A DNA stretch of 64,000 nt, from assembly GCF_009834535.1 (NCBI RefSeq), contig NC_045697.1, forward strand, positions 49,106,001 to 49,170,000, given 5' to 3'. The notes beneath the pieces are model-generated. The model was not told where the DNA came from. It worked only from the letters and a program-made list of their open reading frames with translations, and made no database searches. Both the position numbers and the translations under genes were made by a program. Positions 13,870 to 26,270 of this stretch are shown here, in pieces (the first letter of the stretch is position 1; each line of letters begins with the position of its first letter). This DNA is from Camelus ferus. Lineage: Eukaryota.

Positions 13870-14118
13870 CCCTGTGCTCCCAAAAACAATTGAGATACCT
13901 CGTGGCCTTTTTGCATTCCAGCTAAAAGGACCGCCCCGCCTATGGGAAATAAGACCTGTCGTCATCCTAACTCAGGACTCTCTTGATTACATGCCTCTAT
14001 AAAACTCCAGACTATCTTCCTTTAAGACATTCATTCCTCCTTAATGAACATTTTTCCCATAGCAGTAGCCTGAATAAGATGATTTCTTTAATTTTCCAGT
14101 GTGTTTTTTGTCTTCACA
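13870..14118 (+). mobile_element. Probable LTR fragment (ERV1-like)
   Basis: TATA-like ctataaaa, then gaataag and a U5-like T-rich end terminating in ...cttcaca; family not recognised. Confidence 0.4.
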
Positions 14119-15337
14119 CCAAAAACTTACCCACTCAGGAAAAAGTCCTCAGTATCTAAGAAAATAAAATCCAATTCAGAGAGCCCTAAACTGCTGTCCG
14201 GTACATAATGCCTTTTTTGGTAGAATGGCCCACACCCATTTCATCCGACCTCTCATAAGCACGTCAGAAGTTTTTACCAACAGGGACAGAAGGCAGATAG
14301 ATCCCTAAGAAGATATGAGGTAAGGTGACTATAGAAAATGAAGACTGCTAAAGCTGCTAGCTGTTGCTAAACAAAGTGTAAACAGATTTGAGGCTTTAAA
14401 AACAGAACTCCTTTCCCCAAATCAATCTCTCCTTCTTTCCGTGCGTCCTTCCCGCCCTCTCTCTTCCTAAATTTCACCCACATGCAAAGGTTCTTAATAG
14501 AAACCTTTAGCAAAATTCTTAACCAGCTCCACTGTGTACCACTGCACTACTTTCTAGGGTCTGGCAAAGCTCTCCATCTCACTCTCATATGTCCACCATA
14601 TCTGGTACTGTTGGTATCCAAGATTTTACTTTTTTTCTCAAGATCCAGAGAAAAGCTTTCCTTTTTCTTCTAATATTTTGTTTTACCATAGATGGTAAAC
14701 AAAACAAACTGTTTTTACAGTGTTCTTTTGGGGCAATTTTAATAAAGCTCTTAGTTAAAATAAATTTGGGAAATGTCTAGAAGATGGGAACAAATATTGG
14801 TAAGGTCATTAATCAGAGTAGTTATATTATCAACAATAACTATCTAGGCTTCTGTTGTCATTGTCTCTTCTTTATTACAGAAATTATGGCCCATTCACAG
14901 GACACATCATTTCTTAGCAAGGGCTTTAGCTACACCTGGCATTTTTATAGTCATGATAGCAGGTAATATTTAACTTTGGATGACAGAGTGAATAGAGAAT
15001 TGGAGAGGTGTTCACCATTAGCAAGGAAAGAATGGGTTGGTTTATGCTGTCAACCCCGTAGAAAATCTGGTGATTACACAGGACCCGAGGGGTCCCTTCA
15101 GGACAGAGCTGGGGGGCGGTGGGACAGGGGGAAAGGGGAAAATTACAGAGATGATCAGAGAGACATCCCCTGAGGCCCAGGAACTGGATGCTGTTTGGAA
15201 GGACTGGAACTCAATTTAAGAAGTAATTATTTTGTACCATCAAATTTTAAGATTTTATTTCAGAGGATTGGGCCTGCTCAGCCTCCTTAAGTTCTATATA
15301 AAACTCAGGCATTATATTTGACTGGGACCCTCATTCC

Positions 15338-15865
15338 TTTTTTCAAAAGCACTTATTGAGGTATGATGCACATATAAAAAGCTGCACATATTTAATGTAC
15401 ACAAGTTGGTAAGTTTGGAGATAAGTGTATACCCACCATCACCATGATCAGTGCCATAAACATCCCTCTTTATTATTATTTTGTGTGTGTGAGATAAGAA
15501 TACTTAACATAAGATCTACTCTGTTAGCAAATTTCTAAGTATCCAATACAGTATTGTTAACTATAGGCTCTCTACTGGACAGTAAACCTCTAGGACTTAC
15601 TCATCTTGCATGACTGACACTTTGTACGCTTTGACTAAGACGACTCCGTTTCCCCCCTCCTCAGCTCTTGGTAACCACCATTCGACTTTCTTCTTCTATA
15701 AGTTTGACAGTTTTAGATTCTTCACATAAGTGGTATCATGTAGTATTTGTCCTTCTGTGACTGGCATGTTTCCCTTAGCAGAATGCCCTCCAGGTCCAGC
15801 CATGTTGTCTCAAACGTCAGGATTTCCTTCTTTTTTAAGGCTGAGTAATAATATATCCACTGTAT
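15338..15865 (-). mobile_element. L1MA-like 3' end
   Basis: ttattgaggtatga..., taacataagatctactctgttagcaaattt, ggtaaccaccatt, tttttaaggctgagtaata; ORF 15722..15979 includes an ORF2 C-terminus-like stretch (YYSALKKKEILTFETTWLDLEGI). Confidence 0.85.
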
Positions 15866-17171
15866 GGCCACGCAGCAGCCACTCCCTGTATGTAGAGATG
15901 GAGGCGCATCTGTCGGGGGAGATGAGTCAACAGCACAAAGAGAGGACGTAATAATGCCAGTGTGCAGAGGAGGCAACACGTCCTACAGGACAGATAGGAG
16001 GAGGGGGTCCCAAGGGGCTTTGGAAGCTTGTGTGAGAATTCTCGGGGCTTTGGGCTAAGTCCCTGTCAGTAGCTGCCATGGGATGAAGAAGCTGAAACTG
16101 AGCAGAAAGCCAGCCAGGACAGGTGCTAAAAAGTCGCCAGCACTTTATGATTAGAAAGAAATTGCTGTGGGATCACAGATCGCTGTTTTGGGAACATGAG
16201 GTTTTTGTTTTTTTTTTTTTTTAAGCTGTTTATATTTTCTGTAATTTAGATCCTTTTTGTTCTCTCTTAGTGTTTTGTATGGTTTTAAAATGCTAGTCTG
16301 GTCAGCTGTGCTAAGAGGAACCAAGAAAGAGGTTTTTGTCCAGTTTGGACCAGAGTTTTAAAGGGAAAGCGGCTTACCAACCGCCTGACATGGTGGAAAC
16401 AACGGATGCTGTTGCATCAGGGAGAGAGCCTCAAAGGGAAGGTAAATTTAGGGCAGCAGAGTTAGAAACCCTTGTTAGGACATTCCCCCAACACTGAGAT
16501 GTGTTTATCAAATACGGGTCCATCTTTTCATCCCCACAGTCTGTTACTCCCCTAGTGGCCCAGACAAGAGGCAAGAAGGGACCTCAATGAACAATGAGAA
16601 GGAACAGTGCATGGGATTGGTGGCCCAGGGCTGGAGTGGGTGAGTAACTATGGAGTTTGCTCTCCAGAATGGAGCCAACAAACAGAAAATCTGGTCTTTG
16701 TCAGGAGATGGGGGAGGGGAGTTCAATGTGAGCATGAACCACTGGGTGCCAAATATTCTAGCATGCAGGTTACCAAATCTTTTTTTTTCAGTCAGTGAAG
16801 GAGAAGACACACGTAGGCTGCAGAGGACCCTAGCCAATGCCTAGGAAGGGGACAAGTGAGGGTTCCTGGGCTAACACAGCCCCTGAAGCAAACTGGACCA
16901 CAGGACAGAACTTGGGTAGAGAGCTGGAATCTAAAGCAGAGATGGGAGCAGAAAAGACCATAGTCGTGACAGAATTGGGGGTGCCATGAGGACTGGGGAC
17001 CACCCGGGCACTGTGGCCCTGAGGCATGGAAGAGTTAAATACTTTCAGACCCCACCCAGGCCTGGTACTCTAGGCCTGCTGCTAGAAGACCTTTGGTAGC
17101 TACAGATCAGTAGAGCTGGGAATGGGCAGCCACTGTCACTGTCAAAGTCCCAGGCTCTGTCCTGCCCTCAC

Positions 17172-17600
17172 AATCTGTTCTGGTTATCTAAAACTGAGTA
17201 ACACGCCAACACGTAGTGGCTTAAGACAACAACAGTCCTTTATTTTGCATTTCAGACAGGGCAAGGGAGGGACCACTCTGCTCCATGTGTCTGGGCCCCA
17301 TGACTCCAATGGCTGGGACAGCACAGGGCTGGCAGGGCATCTCCCGTGGTCTCTCCTTTGTTCTCTCCAGCATAGGGCCTCAGGGTATCTGGGCATAGTG
17401 GTGGCTCAGGGTTCCAAGAGCAGTAATTTCCAGAGACCCAGGCAGAAGCTGCAAGATGTTTATGATCTATCTACAGAAGTTCCAGGATATGGTGATTTAG
17501 TGATTTCTAAATCCAGCCCAAGTTCGAGGGAAATGGTATAGATCCCACCTCTCAATAGAAGGAGTGTCAAAGAATTTGCCACCAGTTTTAATGCACCCCA
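17172..17600 (-). mobile_element. MaLR LTR (MLT1H/I/J-like)
   Basis: tagtggcttaagacaacaac..., ggcagaagctgcaag, cagcccaagttcgaggga..gatcccacctctcaatagaaggagtgtcaaagaatttg. Confidence 0.7.
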
Positions 17601-18641
17601 ACATCTCACCAAATCCTCAGCAGGATCTCCCAGCTGAACTCCCTGTTCCCAGATTTTCAGTGATGGCGGCCAGGAGGCAGTAATGCAAAGAGTAGAAACA
17701 GTGAGGGCTTTGGAAGCCACCAGGCCAGCATTCTGGTCCAGGCAGGATCCACCACTCAGCAACTGTTTGAGCGTGTTAGGTTACTTATTACTTCTCAGAG
17801 CCATGGTTTCCTTGTGTGTAAAATGGGAATTGTACTACCATAGTGGCCAAGAAAATGTACTTCTCTGATCTTCCAGTGCAGAGCCTAACTGACCAACAGC
17901 CCTCAGCTGCTGAACCCTAAAATCTAGCCTCAGATTCTCATCCACAGCTTGGTATGGAGGTCAGTTTCCTGGGGCTGTTTCCAGTCCGTGCCTAAGTACA
18001 AGAAGCCTATTTCTGAGGGATGCTGGACTCCTGGGACACGCCAGTTACACTTGAGGGCCCCTCGTGGCCTTGCTGAACTGTCTTAGAGCTACACTGTCCT
18101 ATAAGATGCTTCCTTCCACTCAACCTTTCTTGCCTCTCTCCTTCACAAAAGTCACACCTGTATCCCAGGTGCAGCTCCCTGTCCGCGTTCCCTTATAAGT
18201 CTCTTACATGGTGCTCCTGTCTGGCACTGCTGTGGGGGGACTGAGATGAACAGCCATCTCCTCACAAGGCTGCTGTGGGTATGAAATAGGTGTGTATAAG
18301 CACCTAGCCAAGGCCTGGTATACAGTTGACGTTCATTCAGCATTTATTGAGCTCCTGCTGAGTGCAGACTTTGGCCTGGCTGCCTGGCACATACTGGTGC
18401 GCAAAGCAGGTTCCTTAACTGCTTGAAGCCTCTTGCCCACTGAGGCAGAATAAAGTCCCAACTCTCCTACGGGACACAAGAGCTCTTTAAGGTCTGATTC
18501 CAAGGGTCCTCCACACCTCCCACCCCACACTGTACACAGCTGAGCCTAGAGTAAAAAGGTACTTACTTCTTTTTCCCTACAATTTTGCTCTTTCTCCCAC
18601 AATGTCTTAACACAGCTCTTTCTTCTCGCTTGTACACATCC

Positions 18642-18651
18642 TTCACGTGAC
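18642..18651. promoter_or_regulatory. CLEAR-like E-box TTCACGTGAC (candidate TFEB/TFE3/USF site)
   Basis: 9/10 match to the CLEAR consensus GTCACGTGAC, about 770 bp upstream of the ATG of a lysosomal gene. Confidence 0.5.
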
Positions 18652-19045
18652 AAACCCTTACACATCCTCCAAGACCCAGTTCAACTGTGGGGTCCTCGGT
18701 CCCCCGGGCAGAGGTGCTTGCACAGATCTGAGCACGCATTTCGTAAACGCACTGGTTACACGGTGCCTTAATCGCTCTAACAGTGTCCCCGCGAACATGA
18801 GCTCATCTAGAGCCGGGGCAATGTCGCATCCATCCTGAATCCCCCGCGCTTGGCACTCGGTAGGCCTGCAGCTCGTATCTGAGGAGGGGGTGGAACAAGC
18901 CGAGGAAGCCGGGCGATTTTCCAGGGTGACCGCGGGGCCCGCGGCGAGGGGGCGGAGGCGTGGCCGGGGTCAGGGAGCCGCGGGCGCTGGGGGCCGCCCG
19001 GCCTGGCCGCGGGTCGCGCGGGCCGAATCGCGGCGGCCGACGCTG

Positions 19046-19056
19046 GGCACATGACT
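19046..19056 (-). promoter_or_regulatory. M-box-like element AGTCATGTGCC (candidate MITF/TFE site)
   Basis: Reverse complement of ggcacatgact matches the M-box AGTCATGTGCT at 10/11 positions; lies within the CpG island. Confidence 0.55.
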
Positions 19057-19419
19057 GCGGGCTCAGCCTCCGCCCCGCCCGCTTCCCCGCGCAGTTGCGG
19101 CCTGTCGTCTCCCGGGGCTGCGGCGAGCCCGGCCGGCCAGCATCCCCGCCCTGCGCGCTCCCTCTCCCTCGCGAGCTGCGTCAGGCGCCGCGGCTGCCCC
19201 GGCCCGGGAAAGCGAAACCAAAGCGGGCCCTTCCACTCCCCGCCTGCCGGCCGGGTGCAGGGCGGCTGCGCTCGCCCAGCCGCGGAGCCGGGAGCCTCGC
19301 GCACCGGCCGGGCCGCGGGCGTCCGACGGTCCCCGGTCTACCGGCCGCTACTGCGGCGGCCGCTCCTCCCTCCTTCCTTCCCGTCCCGTGGCCGGCCAGG
19401 CCCGTGAGCCGCGCGCAGA

Positions 19420-19536
19420 ATGGGCAGGTGCTGCTTCTACGCGGTGGGGACGCTGTCCCTGCTCCTGCTGGTGACCAGCGTCACGCTGCTGGTGGCCAGA
19501 GTCTTCCAGAAGGCCGTGGACCAGACGATCGAGAAG
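19420..19536 (+). CDS. SCARB2: SCARB2/LIMP-2 coding exon 1 (aa 1-39; short cytosolic N-terminus with Cys4-Cys5, N-terminal transmembrane anchor)
   Basis: ATG at 19420 translates to MGRCCFYAVGTLSLLLLVTSVTLLVARVFQKAVDQTIEK, recognisable as the LIMP-2 N-terminus. It ends at donor AAG|GTGAGG (GT 19537-19538), phase 0, and lies inside a CpG island. Confidence 0.97.
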
Positions 19537-22500
19537 GTGAGGCGTGGCGGGCTGTGTGTGTTTGTGTGTGTGCACGCGCGCTCGCGGGTTGTTGGGGAGA
19601 CACTTACAACCCCCTCGCCCCCCGCCAACCCCGACTGCTGAACCTTGTGCAGGGAGGATCTGGACCCTGGCGAACCCTCCGGACTACAGCCTTCCTTTCT
19701 TCCTTGTCTTCTTGGGGTTGGTTGGTAAGGGTTAAAGAAGAATGGAGAGGAATGAGAATGACTGTGTACCCTTTATAGTAATAGAAGAGACTACAGATCT
19801 AGATATTTTTAAGGCTTTCACTTATATTCTGTCATACTCCCTCTGCATCCCCGCTACGTCCCCGTCTCTGTTGGACTCAAACTCATTTCCCTTCCACTTC
19901 GTGAGGAAACAAAACTAAATGAAAGACATCACAGCCGCAGGTTGTTAGCTGCTTGCTGAGGCCTTTGAAGTGGTGTGTGGTCAATCGTGTTCTTGCCTTC
20001 TGGGCTGAGCAGCGCGCAGTCGGTAGCTAGGGCCAGGCCTCTGGGCTGGGTGACATTTCAGGCCATCAGAGTCTGTGCTTACTGGCTGACTTAGCTTGGT
20101 ATCTTGCACCAATAGTCTGCATTGCTTTGTCTCACAGTGGATTCTTGCTCTTCTCAAAAAGCCATAAATTCCAGGCAAAGATGCATTTAGATTCTTAAAA
20201 TAATCTGAGCCTGTGTCTTCCCCCTAGGTAAGAGAGCTGGAGAACTGGTCATTTCAAAAGACTTCTCTATCCTATGACTGCAGTGATGGTCATTTCTTCT
20301 GCCCTTTCACCCACATCCAGCAATCTGTATGGAAGGGGGAACAAGGGAGAGTTACTGAGATCACTTTTTCCTTAAAAAAAGATGATTGGAGCAGCCTGTC
20401 TTGTTAGCACCCACAATCCCATGCTAACAAGAAAGCCATGGTTTACAGTTGCTATGGGCCAGATAAAAACACCCAGGCCTGGTCCAGTTTGATCACTGCA
20501 CTTCCAGTTAGCAAAGTTGTCTCGCTCCAGGTGGCAACAGACATACACCTTTTAAAAGAGATTTTTAAAAGCCATCAATGACTTGAAATCTGACAGTTAA
20601 AGGCAGCTTTTTAAAAAAAATGTCATGGCAAAGTATAGTTGAATTTTTTAAAAGTTCACGTTGCCAAGAGGAGACGAGGCCCCAGTCTAAGCTTCTCAGA
20701 GGCCATGTTTTCCCTGAACACCCATATTCAAGGGGGAAAAAAAAAACTAAACTGAATCTCTCCACTCCCATACACCTGCACATCCATGGCAAGATTGTTT
20801 AAGGATGTAGCCTCTTACTTGAGTGACTAGACTTAAGCAATCCAGTTATAGACAATTGGATTTTCTTGTGTGGCTTTGAAAGGCTGTTTCAGGAGAGCCC
20901 TGTGAGATGAGTGATCTCCCCAGTGCCTCAGATATTACCAGCCTTCAGATGCTCTGTGGGTCTACATTTCATGAGGGGCAGGGCAGGGGGGCAGGGACAG
21001 TGGTTGTAAGGCAGCTTGGGGCTTGAGTTTTGTTGACATTTGATGATTGGCTTTTCAAGATGGTTTTTTCCATGACGAATGGACTCTGATCCCTAATACA
21101 TTATAGTACAGGGGAAGTAGACTTTCAGAATTGCCTAACCACAATAAGGAATAATGTGGTGTGTGAAACTTACAGGGCTAGTTTCAGTGAACAGGTGTGG
21201 GAATATTGTGAGTCAACCAGAAGTCATACATTACTATCATTACCGTTCTGCTCTCTCACCTGTAGGATAGTGGGAAAGAGTAAGGACCGCATGTCAACCC
21301 GTGGGCATGAATCCTGGCTCCACCATGTGCTAGCCAGGTAACCGTAGGCTAGTGCTTAACCTTTCTTAATTCTAGATTTCCCCATCTGCAAATGCGGATA
21401 ATAACAACCCATGTAAATAAAGGGATTATAAGAGTAGAGAAAATGGACTTACTTTTCATGGGATAGAGTTAGTGCTTTGTAAATGATAACAGTTTTATTT
21501 CTGTTAGAGGCCACATAAGCAAAGAAAAAATACACGAGATTTGAAGTCAGACACCCTATGTTCAAATCCTAGCCCTGACATTTCCAAGCTTTTTGACTTT
21601 GGCCAAGTTACTTAACTGCTCTGAGCCTCAGTTTCATTACTCGGAGAAACGAGGATGTGAGCTATCTTTGTCTCAGTGGTGCCTTTATCGCAAAGCTTAC
21701 AAAGCTTAAGCTTTGGGTCCCTCACTTGGACAGGCCCTTCCAAGGCCCTCTACCTACCTGTATCCAAAAGTTTCTTTTTCTTAGGAAGGGCCTTGGCACA
21801 TTGTATAAGCTTCACACATACCCAGGATCTGCCTGTGTGTGTGCTGAGACTGAGTAAGGTGGTCTCTGTAAAGCACTGAGCACAGTCAGGCACAGTATAG
21901 GAGGGCAGTTATCGCCGCCATCATTATTTGCATTAGTCTTGTTATGGAAAATTTCATTCAAAACTTTAACACACTTGTAATATACTCCACCCTGATACTC
22001 CCAGTTCTTAATTTTTTTGCTTGAAGATTGTCCATGTCCTGGCTTGTCTACATTGAAAAGAGAAGAGAGAAGAGGGATGAAATTCAACTGAGTAGGTTGG
22101 GCTACAAGTGAGATGCTAAGTGACATAATTCCTACTAGAAGAATCTGTCTTGTAATAATTGTCCCTGAGCCCTGCAGTGACTAGCAGTGATTCAAGGGAG
22201 ATTTTAATTTTGACTGTTGGATAGAGTAGGGGGAACTGAGACAATGTGGTTCCATTCTTGGCTTGTTATGGTTATGCCTTGCATTGAGAAAGCCCTGTAA
22301 TTATTTCTCTGTACTGTTCTCAGTTGCAGAAGAGGCAGAGTGATGTCTCTGTTCTTGTCTGCCCACACTCCAGTCCTGGGGGACACGCTGAGCATTAACC
22401 ATGCCTTTTCTGTGGAACCATTTTGACCTCCCTGAAGACAGAGCTTTGCAGAGACCCAGCAACCTCTTTTCCTCCCTAGAGCCTGGAAGGGTGGGATTTT

Positions 22501-24389
22501 ATACTTCATTTCTTTTGGTAACCCCACTAATTGTCCTGGCACCTAGTGTAGTACCTGGTACATGGTAGGTAGCTAAATGCCTACTGCCTCACCTTTGATC
22601 GTTTTAGTTGAATGAACAGTGTCCTGAGAGTCAGCAGAACTTGGTTGAAATTTCTTTTTCTGTCATTGACAGATTCTTGGATTAAGTTAGACAAGACAAG
22701 TTGCAAAATTAAAACCTCAAAACCTCAGGTTCCTCACTTTGAAAATGAGGGTAATGAGAACACCTACCTTAGGGTTGCTGCAAGAATGACGTAAAATGAT
22801 GGACGTAAAGCATCTAGCACAATCCCTCCCAAGTGCCTAAATTCGTTACTATTATTTGTATAGGCAACATATTTGTAGAGCCAACAATCAACATTGGTTA
22901 TTGCTTCTAGATATTCTTTTCTCATCTAGGAACTGAAGCATGTATAGTAAATCAAGTTCCTTGTAACTCCAAATTTTGGAGATTCTGTGACACAGGCTTG
23001 TGATCTTTGCTTGAGAAAAACTCTGCAGCTCAGAGTATTACGTTTCCCTTTAGACTTGCAGACAGTTTGAACATTTCTCAGAAATGGGGACACAGAACTG
23101 GCCAAAGTCAGAGCTGGCTAATAAGAGATGGGCTGGCAAGGGAAACAGTGAGAGGGCAAGGGGCTGTTCACACTTTGCTTCCTATTCACAGACCAAGGAA
23201 GGACCCTAGCGTTAGGTCTCAGGGATGAGATGAACAGTCAGATTCACTTACCCTTTGCCTGAACCTGAGGCTCTGGGCAAGTACCAACCGGCCTCTTTGG
23301 GGAGCCAGAGCAATTTTGGAGCTGCTCTAATGCTACCAGAAATATATTTAACAAAATAACATTGATTGGTGAATATGTGTGGTCTTCTTTCTTAAAGTCA
23401 AATGAGTAAAATAGCTTCATTGTTGTTTATGTGAAGACAAGCAACTACATATAATCTTAAAGGACTCCTTCTTGTCTATCTGCCTCATCTTCTGAGTTGC
23501 CTTTTTTCAGAATTATGAAGATGTAATCTTAGATTAAGAAAAAACCATAAGCATAACTTAATTTGTTATTTTATAGTCAAGGAAACAGACTTTGTCACTT
23601 TTAAAATGAATGTGGTAGGTATAGAATTATCATTATAGCTACGTGACACTGGAAACGTAGATAAGTGACTTATCAAAGACCAAGTGGAGAGGTTAGGCGG
23701 GCAAGCTTCTAATTCACTTTTCCTGTCCTGAGGATGACCAAATGTCCCATTGCCTGAAGTGTCCTAGTTTATTTACACCTGTTTTCCTGGAATAATTGCT
23801 AGCACCTTCTTTCCTTTCAAAAGATTCCTGGTGACAATAAACTCTACCCTCACACACCACATTGTCTTCTACTTCTTGGCACTAAAGAGGAGCAGTGCTC
23901 TCTGAGGAAATGAGGAGAATACTCAAGTTAGCTCAAGAAAGGGAAGTTTTTTTACCTTTTTGTGAAGCTAGAAGAGGAAGCTTGTAGAAATCAAAGGGTG
24001 AGGAGCACAGCACAGTGTGGCCTCCCACAAGAACAGTAGAAACTGGAAAGTCAGCAGGAGCCAGGCACACTCTGTGTCTCCCACTCCTTCCTCTGCTTTC
24101 CCCTCCAGCCAGTGTTTCCACGGGCCCCAGCTGTTTACTCATCTGGGGCTTCCCCAGCCCCAACCGCCAGTCAGCCCTCAGCTGCTGAGCCTCCTATGAA
24201 TAGGCTTCATCCCTCAGTTTCTCCTTTCCAGATTCGTGGCAGAGTAATGAGATTGGCTCAGTACAAGCAGAAATCACAGATGGATAAACAGAGGCTGTAT
24301 CCTTGCAGGAAGATTCTTCAGCTCCTAAGCCATATTTCCAGCTCCTCCCTGGCTTTTAGAAATGTGATCTGGTGATATCAAAATCACAT

Positions 24390-24820
24390 TATGTACCATT
24401 TGCAGCAACATGGATGGTCCTAGAGATGATCATATTAGGTGAAGTAAGTCAGACAGAGAAGGACAAATACCATATGATATCACTCATTTGTGGAATCTTA
24501 AAAAATGATACAAATGAACTTATTTGCAAACCAGAAGTAGGCTCACAGACATGGAAAACACACTATGGTTACCAAAGGAAAAAGGGGTGAGAGGAGGGAT
24601 AAATTAGGGGGTTGGGATTAACATATATGCACTATTATGTATAAAATAGATAAACAACAAGAACCTACTATATAGCATAGGGAACTATATTCAGTACCTT
24701 GTATTAACCTATAATGGAAACGAACCTGAAAAAGAATGTATATATGTATATAATTGAATATCTTTGTGTACCTGAAACTAACACAACATTGTAAATCAAC
24801 TATACTTCAGTTTAAAAAAT
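24390..24820 (+). mobile_element. L1 3' end (artiodactyl-type)
   Basis: ccatttgcagcaacatggatgg..., gtatagcatagggaactatattcag-like text, acctgaaactaacacaacattgtaaatcaactatacttca followed by an A-tail. Confidence 0.9.
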
Positions 24821-25914
24821 TGTATTGTGTTTCTTCCAACATCTCACTAATTCATGGGGCCTGTGAGTGCATTCATTATTAATGGTTAAGACAATGGAGT
24901 AGAACAGTAGTTCTCAGTGTAGTCCCTAGACTCTAGGAACCATAGCAGAATCACTTATGGAGATTTAAAAAACACAGATCCCACCAGCCCTGCAGAATCA
25001 GACTCCTTAGGAATGGCACCCAGGTTAGGGAGCTAACCATGAAGTTCATGACTGGTTTGGATGGTGATTATGTTAGCCTATGTTTTCACTCCTTAAGATG
25101 GCAGTTTTTTTTTTTTTTTGAAGCCTTTGTATTTTATTCTTTTTTTGTTTATTTATCTGATAAAAAGCACATGCCATTATAAAAAGGCAGATCGAACAAA
25201 AATTAATAAAACAGAGATAACTACTGTTATACATATTGTTCATTATTCTGTATGTTTTACTTATGCATATATAGTGGCATATACTTTACAGAAATGGAGT
25301 TCTATTCTTACACTTTATTTTTTATTTCAGCTGGTATAATTGACATATAAAAGAGATGGTCATTCTGATTGGGGCTATTACTACTAGTAGTTACTATTAT
25401 TCTGCAAGTTTAAAGGAAAGATTTTTTTTTTTTGTAGAGAGGGGAATTTTCTTGCTTGTTAGAATTGTTTTTGCTTCCTTGCTTAATAATGTGCAAGATT
25501 GCATTGTCAGGCCAAAGCAAAGCGGCCATCTGTTCTGCCAGACACTTGCTTGTTTCCCAGGGAGGAATCAGCAGGTGGGATTATAAGATCATTAATGAAA
25601 ACATAGGATGTTGGCCAAGTGACTAGGCATTTATGGCCTACATCCTCAAGATATATCCTATATACACATGATGCTCTAAATGAAGGGACCGTTTTTATCA
25701 AAGCTGGTAACTAGTCAAAAGCAACCAAGGAGGATAAATCTGCTTTCAGTGTCTGCTCTCTGTGTCTAAGAGCATGTTTAGGTATATACTTTGTCAGTCA
25801 TCCATTTATTTAGCAGATATTTACTGAGCAGGGACCATTTGTGAGGCAGAGTGCTAAGAGCTATGGATACAGCAGTAAACCAGACAGTCCCTACCCTTAT
25901 GGAATTTATAATCT

Positions 25915-26270
25915 AATTCAAAACTTTTGGGGCTCAGGCCCCTTTATTCTCTTAACAATTATTGAAAACCCCAAAGAACTTATGTTTCTGTAGGTTTATC
26001 TGTTGATATTTATAGTATTAGAAATTAAAACCGATACATTTTTAAAACACAAGCATACACAAGCACATATTCCATTAGCTGTCAGAGCGGTGACGCCATT
26101 ACAAGCTGTGTAGCCTCTGGAAAACTCCACCACACGCTCATGAGAGAATGAGAGTGATAAAGGCAGATGATGCATCATTATGGAAATAGTTTTTACCTTG
26201 AGGACTCCCTAAAAGGGTCTTTCCTGGGGACCCCCAAAGGTCCTCAGATCACACTTTTGAGACCTACTGA
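25915..26270. mobile_element. hAT-Charlie element (MER119-like)
   Basis: attattgaaaaccccaaagaactt..., ccattagctgtcagagcggtgacg...gtagcctctggaaaactccac...atgagagaatgagagtg. Confidence 0.65.

Larger units (their letters stand above)
18680..19700. promoter_or_regulatory. CpG island / SCARB2 promoter and 5' UTR
   Basis: Abrupt rise in GC and CpG density around exon 1; GC boxes ggggcggaggcgtggc (about 18948-18964), ccccgccc (19073-19080) and ccccgccc (19144-19151); no TATA box seen. The TSS cannot be determined from sequence. Confidence 0.9.

Noticed and set aside
16200..16600. Poly-T run as the tail of a minus-strand processed pseudogene
   Set aside because: No canonical polyA signal at the right spacing, no TSD and no recognisable coding sequence.
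1..18600. Exons of the neighbouring gene expected from human synteny (FAM47E) or an upstream alternative SCARB2 exon
   Set aside because: No recognisable coding similarity or convincing splice-bounded ORF was found by eye; non-coding exons cannot be excluded.
19051..19407. 118-aa ATG ORF ending 12 nt before the SCARB2 start, as a regulatory uORF
   Set aside because: Its ATG is part of the M-box motif and probably lies upstream of the main TSS; this cannot be supported without TSS or ribosome-profiling data.
18807..19778. Long ORFs over the CpG island (272 aa +, 165 aa -, 75 aa -)
   Set aside because: Pro/Arg/Gly/Ala-rich translations are expected from stop-poor GC-rich DNA; no domain recognised, and the 272-aa frame starts at a non-ATG codon and reads through the exon-1 donor.
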